A DNA stretch of 47,178 nt from Trichomonas gallinae (taxonomy: Eukaryota), in assembly GCA_008369845.1 (NCBI GenBank), contig MRSU01007088.1, positions 1 through 47,178 on the forward strand, in the 5' to 3' direction. Below are positions 20,537 to 30,795 of the stretch, one piece after another; position 1 is the first letter of the stretch; every line of letters starts with the position of its first letter. The notes beneath the pieces are model-generated. The model was given only the letters and a program-made list of their open reading frames with translations. It was not told the DNA's origin and searched no databases. The translations under genes and the position numbers were made by a program.

Positions 20537-21595
20537 ATGCAAAACCACGAGCCCTTTCATCCCAATCAATCGAATCAACACGTGATGCACCCGATCCCTA
20601 CGCCGAATATAAACCCCAATTTTGCTTCTCAAGCGAGCCAAGCTCGCCATCAGCAGCAGCAACTTGATGAAATTTTAAATCAAACAAGCGCGCCGAACCC
20701 ATCTAACATCAATTTACTTTCTCGTGGACTCCAACTACTCTCTATCAATCAGCTTCGACAGCTTTTAAGAGAATATTCTTTCCCAACTGGAGGAAATAAA
20801 AGAGCTCTTGTCCAGAAGCTGATAATGTTCCTAGAAACAATCGGCCCTAACCAACAGAACCTTCTTGTCCAGTTTTCTCTTAAATTGAAGAAACTTTTAT
20901 CAATCGAAAATCCTACAGGCGAAGATCATCCGCAAAGTGAGGCTCAAACTTCACTCCTCCCGCCAGACATCTCTGACAAACTCATCCAGCACCCGCCTTC
21001 GATATTATTCCAAAATCCTGACAGACCTCCAATATTTGGGCCACTGATGATTCGTCCGAACTTTCCAAGCGAGATGCAGGAGATTCCAAATACAGGATAT
21101 AACGGCTATGTTCCAATTTTTCAAATTGCTTCAGTTTTTCCTGATCAACCTCTTAAAAATGTTATTTTACTCATCAATGAGCGCTACTACACACTCACAG
21201 ATCAGCGCTTATGGTTCCAATTGCCAACAACTTCAAGCAAAAGCATAAGTTTCGTTGTTCAATCTGTTGAACCTGCAAATATTCCAATTATTGCTGTAGT
21301 CAGGCCACTCAAACGGACACCAATTGTTACATTGATAGATGAGATTATCGAAAAAGGTCCGCCACAGCCTGTAACATATGATAAACCTTTATCCGGAATT
21401 TGTCGATACACAAAAAAGGTTTTGCAGCAGCCAGCCAGAGGAGTTAACTGCACACATCCAGACTGTTTCGATATATCTGGTTTTATTGCATTTGCTTCTA
21501 AATTTGAAAGATGGGAATGTCCAATATGTCAAAAACCGCTTCAAGTCGAAGACCTTCGCCTTGATTATGAGTATCTAGTTCATGTTAAGAATTAG
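20537..21595 (+). CDS. SAP + MIZ/SP-RING zinc finger protein (PIAS/SIZ-like SUMO E3 ligase)
   Basis: SAP domain LSINQLRQLLREYSFPTGGNKRALVQKL; SP-RING CRYTKKVLQQPARGVNCTHPDCFD..WECPICQK..DLRLD. Confidence 0.9.
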   Translation: MQNHEPFHPNQSNQHVMHPIPTPNINPNFASQASQARHQQQQLDEILNQTSAPNPSNINLLSRGLQLLSINQLRQLLREYSFPTGGNKRALVQKLIMFLETIGPNQQNLLVQFSLKLKKLLSIENPTGEDHPQSEAQTSLLPPDISDKLIQHPPSILFQNPDRPPIFGPLMIRPNFPSEMQEIPNTGYNGYVPIFQIASVFPDQPLKNVILLINERYYTLTDQRLWFQLPTTSSKSISFVVQSVEPANIPIIAVVRPLKRTPIVTLIDEIIEKGPPQPVTYDKPLSGICRYTKKVLQQPARGVNCTHPDCFDISGFIAFASKFERWECPICQKPLQVEDLRLDYEYLVHVKN

Positions 21596-22281
21596 TTTTT
21601 AATCCAAAAAATGTTTTTTATGTATCCTAATAAAAATTTTAATATAAAATCTCTATATAGCTTATCAAATCACTGCATATCATTGTATATTATGTACTAA
21701 ATTTAGATATCATCCTTTTTAAAATTTTCATGCAATTTTATCATCAAGATTTAGATATCAAATATTCAAATTCTTATAAATATAAAGAAGCATTGTAAAT
21801 GAAGTTTCAAGTCTAGTTCCAAAAACTAAGCATACAATTTCAAGAACTTTATGATGATCAAAATGTGAAGCACAAATCAAAACTGTTTTTCAATTTTTTT
21901 TGCGTTGACATCAATTCAAGGAATTTCGAGTAGGGATTTGGCAACTTCATAAATTCAACGGGTTATTTTTGAGAATTGATTCGAATTATTGGGAGTATCA
22001 TAAATTATCGCTATTTCTACCATATTTGATGACGAAATAAACGGACTGGAAATTATCCGTGTAAAGTGTTGAAAAATTGATCATTTTCATTTTAAAATTC
22101 ATTACAGGGAAATCAGTTAGTTAGACTGTCTTATTGATGTAATTGTAATAGTCTTCTATTTTTATTGTTTGCACATGTACAAGTGTACATATTACAATTT
22201 AAACATATATCGATTTGTCAAAAATGTAATACTTTATTTGTCAAAATAAAGGTGGCAAATTTTCCAGCATCTTTTTTGTTA

Positions 22282-23004
22282 ATGACTAAAACATACAAAT
22301 ATATTGAATGGGATGATGATACTAAACAACTGCCGCAGGAAACTACAACTCAGTATATTTCAGATGATAAAACATTGACCCTGGAAAATACAACTCAACA
22401 GATTAAAGCATCTACAAATGATATGAATATCACAAAACAAAATACAACGGAGGCATTTGATATTGGAAAGCAACAATCAACATCTCAAGAGGATTTGGAA
22501 CACCGAGTTAATATATGGCTAAAAAAATTCAAATATGTAGCTTATATATGCTATGAAGTAATACATACGCTTGATCCAGAATCAGAGTTATCATTATATT
22601 ACTACTTATCCCAATTTGGTATGAAAGGGAAAGGATTACCAACAAATATACTGAATAATCCAAAGAAAGTCGTTCAACTTGTAGGCGCATACTTTAAACA
22701 AAATATTGCATACATTGAAAAATCAAATATCGATATAAAAAATATTGAACGATATTTTTTATATAATCACGGAAATCAAGCTCCGAGTAAGACTACGATA
22801 ACGTACAAAGATCTAGTTACTGATAATCTAATAGAGAGAAAGAATTATCAGTCTATACTTAATGTGGAATTTAAACTAAAATGGGTTCTAGAAACTAATC
22901 AAACTGATCCTAACAATATTGAAGTCTATACAGACAAAGTTCCAGAAAAAACTAAAGACAAAACAGATTATTATGCATTTTACTGTTATGTGCCACAACA
23001 ATGA
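22282..23004 (+). CDS. Hypothetical orphan protein (240 aa)
   Basis: First ATG at 22282; long open frame in very AT-rich DNA; ends in TGA, unlike most neighbours. Confidence 0.6.
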   Translation: MTKTYKYIEWDDDTKQLPQETTTQYISDDKTLTLENTTQQIKASTNDMNITKQNTTEAFDIGKQQSTSQEDLEHRVNIWLKKFKYVAYICYEVIHTLDPESELSLYYYLSQFGMKGKGLPTNILNNPKKVVQLVGAYFKQNIAYIEKSNIDIKNIERYFLYNHGNQAPSKTTITYKDLVTDNLIERKNYQSILNVEFKLKWVLETNQTDPNNIEVYTDKVPEKTKDKTDYYAFYCYVPQQ

Positions 23005-23097
23005 TACCTGCTGATTTAACATTTTATTCATGCTCTATAAATAAACTGTATCCTGTTTATATTTAATACAGTTGATTTAAAGATTTCGTAAATACTA

Positions 23098-23314
23098 TTT
23101 ACATGCATAACTTTATATTTACATGACAAAATTTCTATTTTCATTATAGAATTTTGATATTTACATGACAAAATTTTGATTTTCCATCATAGAATTTTGG
23201 TTTTTACATGACAAAATTTTGAGTTTTGGCAAAATTTTGAGTTTTGGCAATTTTATTATTTACATGGCAAAAGTTAGAAATTTATGTGGCAAAAATATTT
23301 ATTACGTGTCAAAA
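23098..23314 (+). repeat. Tandem array of TTTACATG(A/G)CAAAA elements (first three about 42-43 bp apart) upstream of the HECT gene
   Basis: Copies at 23118, 23160, 23203 and 23259, variant TTACGTGTCAAAA at 23302, plus duplicated AAAATTTTGAGTTTTGGC. Confidence 0.85.
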
Positions 23315-23369
23315 TAATTCTGGCATAATTTGAATTAAAAATGGACACTTTTCATCATTCAAAAAAGTC

Positions 23370-26300
23370 ATGTCTAATATTACAATTGCTCCTGAAAAAG
23401 TCTTCAATAAACATTCATTAAACTTGTTGAGATTCCATCCACATCAAGGTGTTAAAGTTGAAGACAGCACTCAGGTTTTTAATCTCGTTGATAATGTTTT
23501 ATCTAAGCAGAAAATAACCGGTGAATTGGATTCACATACAAATGACTATAAAGCTATCGTAGATTATTCTCTTGCAAAGATAGATTCGATATTTGATACA
23601 TCAAAAACCTTTGAAACGTATTTTCATCATCTGAAAGAGCAATTGCAAGAATATGTTCACACGATTGTATCAAAATATATCGAGCCTAATACGGAAGACA
23701 TGACTAAAATCGATTTTTACTCAAATCCTGGTGCAAAATCAATTGATCAAGTTTTAATTATCATTCGAATTTTCACTGATGCTATTCGAGCGACGAGTGA
23801 AGGCTTTGAAAACTTCATAATTGTATCAGGTATACCATTTTTCGTTAATAATCGCAAACTTTATACATTTAATCCACAATTGATATGTAGAACAGAGCTT
23901 TTTCCAGAAGATTATATACTATCACAGCTTGGATCATCAATTATCGTCGTTTCTAAAACTTTACTAACTTTATTTATCATTGATGTTTATGATATTAATT
24001 CCGCAGAGTGTTTAAGTCTTCAAGAAGTTATTAATACTAACGATGAAATAGTTTGCATTGGTGAAAATTCCGGATGTTTATCAATTATTACAAGATTTGA
24101 AAATAAAATCAGTCAAATTTTGTTCCAAATTAATACAAAAACACTTAAACCGAAGACATTACTTTATGAATCGCAAATGAATTCATCGAAATTTTACTTC
24201 CGTAATGAATTTCTTTACGAATGTGGTGAAAAAACATGCATAAATGGTAAAATTGTAGATGAAAAGCCACTTTTTCCAATATACGCAGATAAAATATCGT
24301 CATATTATATAGAAAACGGTGAATTATTTTATCAAAAATATCCAAGTGACTCTATAATGTCAAAAGCTTCTGATATGTTAAGCAAATTAACAAGCTCGTT
24401 TTCTTCAATGAAAGATAAATTCATTACACCACTACTTGCCGGTAAGAAAATTAATTTTTCACAATTTGTACAAAATATTACAACAACTGCACGATTAATC
24501 CTCTTCATAATGGAGAGGATCGAATATATACCAAATAATCTCCAATTGCGTGTCATTGATGGCCTCCTAACCATTTTAACAATTAACTTAAAATTTTTCG
24601 CCTTCCAAAACATTGAAGCGAGCACAACTAAACAAATCGATCGAATTTTCAGGATAATGGCACCGTTTTCATCTTCTCTCTCTGTGCAGATCATGCAGTG
24701 CATGCTTGTGATTCCAACAACGATTTATTCCAATTCTTTTATCTTGAAAGAAATTCTACAAAAATGTTTCATCCAGATATGCTCGAACAAAGAAAACTCG
24801 AGTTTGAAGGACTTGATCATGAAGCGTCCGCAGTCTCTCCTGATGATGAGCCAGGAATATCTCGATAGTTTACCATCAGAAGAAGCAAATACCTGCATCA
24901 GCAATACAATTGATTTCTTCCCGATCTGCTATGAAGCGATGAACGCAACTGAAGCATGCATAGAATACGTTTCAATTGTTTTGAAGACAATTCGCTCATT
25001 ATTGGAGCAAGAGAAACTATTCAATCCAGTAAGATATCTTAAGCACCTTATGTATAATATTTCAGCAATTGGTAACTCACAGCCACTCGCTGTCGTATTT
25101 TTGCAAAACGCTCTGCCAATTTTATCAAAACTGACAAATAGCTACGGCCATAATGAATCATTTATTAAATGCAACAAAAATTACATCGGCTTGGACAAGA
25201 TATACACGAAGTTGAACCAGTACGTTAACAAATACATTCTAGACTACGACACGAAAATATCGATAGACACACATGAAATTAAACCCGTTACTTTATCATT
25301 CAAGTGCGATTCTGATGTTTCTTCTGAAATTAAAATCGACAAAACATTTTATCAAGTAAGAAATGGCTTAGTCATCAAAATCCCGCAATCTAATTTCGAT
25401 ATTTACTATTATCATAACGAAACGTATAACTCAAATGTTGAGATCCTAGTCAAAGCAAATCAAATGGAGCCACAACCTGAAGATGAATTGGATGAAAATC
25501 TGACCCTGATTAATTACTTTGCTAAGTTTTGCGGCTCATTTGCAACGCAGCTATTAGAAGGCCAGATATCGCATTTGGAATATAGTCATCGAAATCTTGT
25601 CGGTAACATCTTTATCAGAAATTTTCAAGAATTCTCGATGACTGATAATCCTGAAACGCTAAATTACCCAGAGCTCTTCGGAAAATTAGATGAACTGTTT
25701 GGTGTTTCGAAAATAATCAAGAAAAGTTCAACAAAATACAACAATATAATATATTTCGTTGCATCTGCCATTATATTCCAATTAAATCTCAAAGATGTAA
25801 TCGAAAATCTATCGAAGAAAGAAAGTTTGGAAAAAAAATCTATTCCTCCTGAAGTTAAGCTTGTCTGGTCATCGGTTGCAAACCTCAGAAGATTCCTGAT
25901 CAATCTCAACCAAAAAGAATTAGCAGAAACAAACAACGAATACAGTTTCAGTCAATTTATAGATAATATTCTTGAAAAATCAAAATATCTTTTGTCAGTT
26001 CGCTTGGAATTCAAAGAATACACGACAGAAACAATCGTCAAGCATTTTACTGACTTTATAATGACTTATATACCTGTTTCCGATGTCAAACAAATTGTCG
26101 CAGAACAAAACAAACGTTTGATTTACAGAAAACTAGCATTAGACTTCATCAAAGATTTTATGAAAGCTGATTTAGTCGAAAGCACGATAGAAACACTTTT
26201 AATCAACGTTAAAACATCATTCGATATGATTAGCGATGGAAGATCATCAAAAATTGGCTCTATGTCGAATTACAATAAATTAATTGAAAGCGCAAATGAA

Positions 26301-29300
26301 ACAATTTCAGCTTTTTTGGATGCTGTCAAACTTAAAAACAACAAATGCATTTTCATTTCTTTCATGAAATTCTTCTGCAGGATTCCACAAGTCATCAGGA
26401 AATTCACAGAAGGACTTACATATATCATTACTAAAGGAAACAAAGAGTGCATTAAATACGCGGAAGATATTTTAGCTTCTATCTCAAGCGAGCCTGATGT
26501 TACAGAAACACTACATAGTTATGCTATCGATTCAAAGGATGAAGATTATCAGGCAACTGTTTTCTTCATTCTCGCTTTGAGCGATAACACGAAGCTTCCT
26601 TATGATATTTTATTTGCACCCAAGAAATCTCAGAAATGCGAAGTTGCATCATTAGTTCTCGCAGAAAAAATGCTAATTGGCGACAAAGATGCCGAGGGAA
26701 TTTTATTTGCCAATCTCGACAGACTTTGTAATGAACTCGCCGAAACTATGACAGGAAAGAACAACAGGTTCTCAGTTGCAGCAGAAATTATTTCTTTCTT
26801 CAGATATTTGATGCTTCCTTTCTCAGTTCACAAAGAGAAAATCATCGAATATATCCATTCATTATTCAAAAAGGATCAAATAGTTTTCACGAATCCATTC
26901 ATCGCCGCTCTGTTGATCCTTGGTCATGGCTTCTTCCGCCCTGAAGATACCGGCGTCGTCTACGATAAGCACATGACTAGAATATTATACAAGGACATAA
27001 ACCTTGGAGATTATTCAAAAGTGACGGCTATGGTGAGGATTCCAGCATCTCCACAGGCTTTCAATTTAACGAAAACTGAAGTCGACTTGATTGTTGGCTT
27101 CCAAGAAAAAATCAATAGTGTCTGCAATAAGAACAAGCCAATAGAATTGAGGAGAGCTACTGCTTTTGCCATCTTCTCTTCTTTCTTGACTATCATTGTT
27201 CAAAATCCGCACAACGCAGAACTACTTAAACCTCAATTTGCAAAACTGACACAAAGAATTGCAACGATGACATATCCATCTAGAAAAGCAATGAAACCTT
27301 TGAAAATCATGTCAATGTATGCAGAGAACATGTATCATTTATCCAACTTCCCAGAACGCCATCAGACGGCATCAGAAGAAAGATTCAACGGTTTCACTGA
27401 TCGCGTTCCACCAAAATGTTTGCCGAGATTCATAAATTTGACAAATGGCATTGTACAACAGAACCATTTGGATTCAGCAGCATTTGGATTAAGTGTTTTT
27501 GTAGGCGATCACAAAATTAGAGCTGGTGAGTACTACGCATTCAAAATTTTTTCATTCAGCAATAAAGGCTGTGCATCAATTGGCTTCATCGATGCAAACT
27601 CCACGACAGATGACATCATTTTTTACGGCCTCACAAAAGAATTCTCTGCAATGTCATGTGTTCATGCTTCTGTTTCTCCAAACAATATTACTGTTAATGA
27701 CTCCGATATCGGCATGATGCACTCAGGATTCGTCGGTGACGTTTATCCTGCTGTCATTACCTCAAATTGCAGACTTAAGATGACTTACATTGTTATCGAT
27801 TCAATGGAAAACTACACGTTCAACAATGAAGAAAAATATAAACCCTTCGATCACATTAATCGCTTCAAGTCAACAGGCTCTGTATTCTCCTATAACTCAT
27901 GCGTATCTCATTACAAAACTCTCTTGCGAGGCGAAAAGGTTATCACGAAGAATCATACAATCGGTGAAATCGATGCTACTTTGTCGAGAATTTCAGAACG
28001 TGTAAATCTCAAAATACAATCTCGTGATGGAAGCTCAGAGATCATTACAGTTCCAGCCAAAGATTGCGATGTCATCCCTGAGCCATTTGATCGCTATATT
28101 GATCGTGCGAAAAGATTGGCGAACAAAGACAACGAGCAAAATTCAGTTTTCCGTGGAGCTTTCTTGAGAAAACAGATGAAACTTGCAGGCAAAATAATTC
28201 TAATTTGCCAGAGAGCACTGGTTCCTTACTTATGCGACGATGTCCCATATACTCTTCTTAGAACTTTGATGAATTATTCCTGCGAATATAACTTCGCAGC
28301 AAAAATGAAGAAAAAGGCAACAAAGAAATATAACTATCGCAAGAATTACATCACAGACATTGACTATTTTTTGCCAAGCAATACACAGAACATCACAGAT
28401 TTCGTCATTAAGAAGCTTGCACAGATACAACTCGATGATTTTGTTAACACAGTTCTTGCAAATCCAATCGGGTCCAGATTTTATTGTCCGCCTGATTCCA
28501 ATTTCAACGCTATTCGGGCAATTTCCACTTTTGAAGTTGAAATTAAAAAGGACAGTTCTATCGCGGCAATTTATCCAATAGACTTCAGATCTAAGCCAGA
28601 TGTTTACGGAATTATTCCACCAGGTACATATTTGATACGTAATGCAAAATCGATTTCATACTACAAAGTTCCTAAGAATCTGCCGGATGATTCTCTGTCC
28701 ACGCCTATCTACTACCTACACGCAATATCGCAGTACATGATGGTGCATTCAGACACTATAACAATTGAACAAACCGTGCAAAACTTCAATAAGATACATG
28801 AAAGCGATTCAGCGAATCCAATATTGAATGCAGCGTCGCAATTATTGATGAACCAGATGGCAGACATGTGCAGCTCCAACAGATCCCAGATTCCATCGAC
28901 AATCAACTATATCACCAACATCTATCCATCTAATCTTTATGTCACGATACAATGTTCGAAGATTAAGCAGCGCATTATAGACAGCATCCCTCTTGATGAC
29001 CCTGATTTTGAGTCCATAGCAATTAGCATCTGTGGAGGAACTTCACCAATGGACCAAGAAATTCTGGATTACTACATAGTGAAGGCTTTCGACAAATCTG
29101 ATGATATGAGCAGATTCAACATTTTCGCGATTTATTCAATCCTACAACCAGGCGAATCATTGAGGACTATTTATTCAATTGGCCTCCAAGGAAGCATGAA
29201 TTGGAGCAACGACGCAGATTTGGCCATTATGAGTGGTAATCCTCTTCCAACGCACAGCGACACTCTCATTGACATCCGCAAAAGAATGCTCGACAAGTTC

Positions 29301-30461
29301 TTTAACATTGAAACTGAAAAATACAGCGAAGTCTTCAGCTTAGATTATCTCGACAAGAGCTGTGCATTAGCTTTGGAAGCACTACCATCTAAACGACAGA
29401 TCTTTGTTGCTTTCAATAGATTCGCAGCGATGAAATTCCTTGAAGGCAGAGGCGGCGAATCTCTACTTCATCAATTCGTCTCTCAATACACATCAGACTA
29501 TTCTTGCTTGAGAGTTCTCGGATGCCAGCCGTGGAGTGTCTCATTGCATGGTGAGAATGCTGTTGATTTAGGTGGACCGTCTAGAGAATTATTCACGAAC
29601 GTCTGCGAGGAAATTATTCATCCTCGAATCGGCTTGCTTGCGCCAACGCCGAACAATGATGGCATGATTCCAATACTAGCCAAACCACACCTCGCGCGTG
29701 CAGCAGGAGCCATCATCGCAGCGTGCGCAACTTCTAAGATGCCTTTCCCGTTCAACCTTTCTCATGTCTTCTGGAAATATTTAAGCGGCTCTGAAATAAG
29801 TGATCGAGATATTTTCAACATTTACGAACAATTCTATGATTTAGTGCGCAAACTCAATAACAATCCCTATGATACAGATTTAGAGCTACAGAAGAGGATA
29901 CACCAGAACTTCACCGTCAGAGATCTTTACGGAAATGAGCTCGAAGTTATTCCAAACGGAAAACAAATTTTATTGACTGGGGAAACAATCCAATTATTCA
30001 TTCGGTCTGCACAAAAGGCTCTATTGAAACAACTGATTAGGGCAATGGAGCCGTTCAGAGATGGCTTCTATGAGGTTATCCCACTGAAAACATGTGCCTT
30101 ATTCACATCGAAATCTTTAGCCCAAGTTTGCTGCAGTGATGATTCGCACCTTCAAATCCATAAATATTTAAGCGGTGAAGTTTATCCAGTTCTCAGGGAT
30201 GCTATTGATGCATTGACGGCTGAAGAGAAAACACTGTTCATCAAGTTCTGCACTGGACAGAGAAGCATTCCAAACCACAGAAAAATCGATGTGAAGATCT
30301 CAACAGCGACATTTCCTCTTCCTTACGCAGCCACTTGCTTCCTAAGATTATATGTTCCTAGATACAAAAATGTTACCATGGCTGTGAAATATATTAAAGT
30401 TGCCATTAATTTCGGATCAGCAATCACTGATTCTGATATTGATGACAGAATGTTTAGATAA
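23370..30461 (+). CDS. Large HECT-domain E3 ubiquitin ligase with a possible internal SPRY-like domain
   Basis: WSVSLHGENAVDLGGPSRELFTNVCEEI, LFIKFCTG, and catalytic Cys in LPYAATCFLRLYVPRY; TCATT Inr at 23355. Confidence 0.93.
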   Translation: MSNITIAPEKVFNKHSLNLLRFHPHQGVKVEDSTQVFNLVDNVLSKQKITGELDSHTNDYKAIVDYSLAKIDSIFDTSKTFETYFHHLKEQLQEYVHTIVSKYIEPNTEDMTKIDFYSNPGAKSIDQVLIIIRIFTDAIRATSEGFENFIIVSGIPFFVNNRKLYTFNPQLICRTELFPEDYILSQLGSSIIVVSKTLLTLFIIDVYDINSAECLSLQEVINTNDEIVCIGENSGCLSIITRFENKISQILFQINTKTLKPKTLLYESQMNSSKFYFRNEFLYECGEKTCINGKIVDEKPLFPIYADKISSYYIENGELFYQKYPSDSIMSKASDMLSKLTSSFSSMKDKFITPLLAGKKINFSQFVQNITTTARLILFIMERIEYIPNNLQLRVIDGLLTILTINLKFFAFQNIEASTTKQIDRIFRIMAPFSSSLSVQIMQCMLVIPTTIYSNSFILKEILQKCFIQICSNKENSSLKDLIMKRPQSLLMMSQEYLDSLPSEEANTCISNTIDFFPICYEAMNATEACIEYVSIVLKTIRSLLEQEKLFNPVRYLKHLMYNISAIGNSQPLAVVFLQNALPILSKLTNSYGHNESFIKCNKNYIGLDKIYTKLNQYVNKYILDYDTKISIDTHEIKPVTLSFKCDSDVSSEIKIDKTFYQVRNGLVIKIPQSNFDIYYYHNETYNSNVEILVKANQMEPQPEDELDENLTLINYFAKFCGSFATQLLEGQISHLEYSHRNLVGNIFIRNFQEFSMTDNPETLNYPELFGKLDELFGVSKIIKKSSTKYNNIIYFVASAIIFQLNLKDVIENLSKKESLEKKSIPPEVKLVWSSVANLRRFLINLNQKELAETNNEYSFSQFIDNILEKSKYLLSVRLEFKEYTTETIVKHFTDFIMTYIPVSDVKQIVAEQNKRLIYRKLALDFIKDFMKADLVESTIETLLINVKTSFDMISDGRSSKIGSMSNYNKLIESANETISAFLDAVKLKNNKCIFISFMKFFCRIPQVIRKFTEGLTYIITKGNKECIKYAEDILASISSEPDVTETLHSYAIDSKDEDYQATVFFILALSDNTKLPYDILFAPKKSQKCEVASLVLAEKMLIGDKDAEGILFANLDRLCNELAETMTGKNNRFSVAAEIISFFRYLMLPFSVHKEKIIEYIHSLFKKDQIVFTNPFIAALLILGHGFFRPEDTGVVYDKHMTRILYKDINLGDYSKVTAMVRIPASPQAFNLTKTEVDLIVGFQEKINSVCNKNKPIELRRATAFAIFSSFLTIIVQNPHNAELLKPQFAKLTQRIATMTYPSRKAMKPLKIMSMYAENMYHLSNFPERHQTASEERFNGFTDRVPPKCLPRFINLTNGIVQQNHLDSAAFGLSVFVGDHKIRAGEYYAFKIFSFSNKGCASIGFIDANSTTDDIIFYGLTKEFSAMSCVHASVSPNNITVNDSDIGMMHSGFVGDVYPAVITSNCRLKMTYIVIDSMENYTFNNEEKYKPFDHINRFKSTGSVFSYNSCVSHYKTLLRGEKVITKNHTIGEIDATLSRISERVNLKIQSRDGSSEIITVPAKDCDVIPEPFDRYIDRAKRLANKDNEQNSVFRGAFLRKQMKLAGKIILICQRALVPYLCDDVPYTLLRTLMNYSCEYNFAAKMKKKATKKYNYRKNYITDIDYFLPSNTQNITDFVIKKLAQIQLDDFVNTVLANPIGSRFYCPPDSNFNAIRAISTFEVEIKKDSSIAAIYPIDFRSKPDVYGIIPPGTYLIRNAKSISYYKVPKNLPDDSLSTPIYYLHAISQYMMVHSDTITIEQTVQNFNKIHESDSANPILNAASQLLMNQMADMCSSNRSQIPSTINYITNIYPSNLYVTIQCSKIKQRIIDSIPLDDPDFESIAISICGGTSPMDQEILDYYIVKAFDKSDDMSRFNIFAIYSILQPGESLRTIYSIGLQGSMNWSNDADLAIMSGNPLPTHSDTLIDIRKRMLDKFFNIETEKYSEVFSLDYLDKSCALALEALPSKRQIFVAFNRFAAMKFLEGRGGESLLHQFVSQYTSDYSCLRVLGCQPWSVSLHGENAVDLGGPSRELFTNVCEEIIHPRIGLLAPTPNNDGMIPILAKPHLARAAGAIIAACATSKMPFPFNLSHVFWKYLSGSEISDRDIFNIYEQFYDLVRKLNNNPYDTDLELQKRIHQNFTVRDLYGNELEVIPNGKQILLTGETIQLFIRSAQKALLKQLIRAMEPFRDGFYEVIPLKTCALFTSKSLAQVCCSDDSHLQIHKYLSGEVYPVLRDAIDALTAEEKTLFIKFCTGQRSIPNHRKIDVKISTATFPLPYAATCFLRLYVPRYKNVTMAVKYIKVAINFGSAITDSDIDDRMFR

Positions 30462-30795
30462 TATTATATTAATAAATTTCCATAATTATTTTGTTTTATT
30501 TTAATGAGATTGGTAAGGGGAAGTAACAGCATGGAAATGCTGATAAAAGAATTTTTCAAGAAACGTCCTTCTATAATTTTCTCAAAAATATGGAAACTGA
30601 TGATCAAAATCCTTAAATATTCTGCAATGATAATCTTCAAATTGTTCATGTTAATAATACAAAATTCGAAATCGAATTCTAGTTTTAATTTACTATCTTC
30701 ACCCTTTTTATTTTCACGAATCAAAATCATAAAAAAATAAAACAAATGCAAACATTAACATATTTATAATACAAACAAATAAAACTATATATATA

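Noticed and set aside
21851..21960. ATGATGA box C-like motif suggesting a C/D snoRNA
   Set aside because: No CTGA box D at a suitable distance and no terminal stem.
22100..23330. Transposon or Maverick insertion around the orphan gene
   Set aside because: No terminal inverted repeats, target-site duplication, transposase or integrase could be identified.
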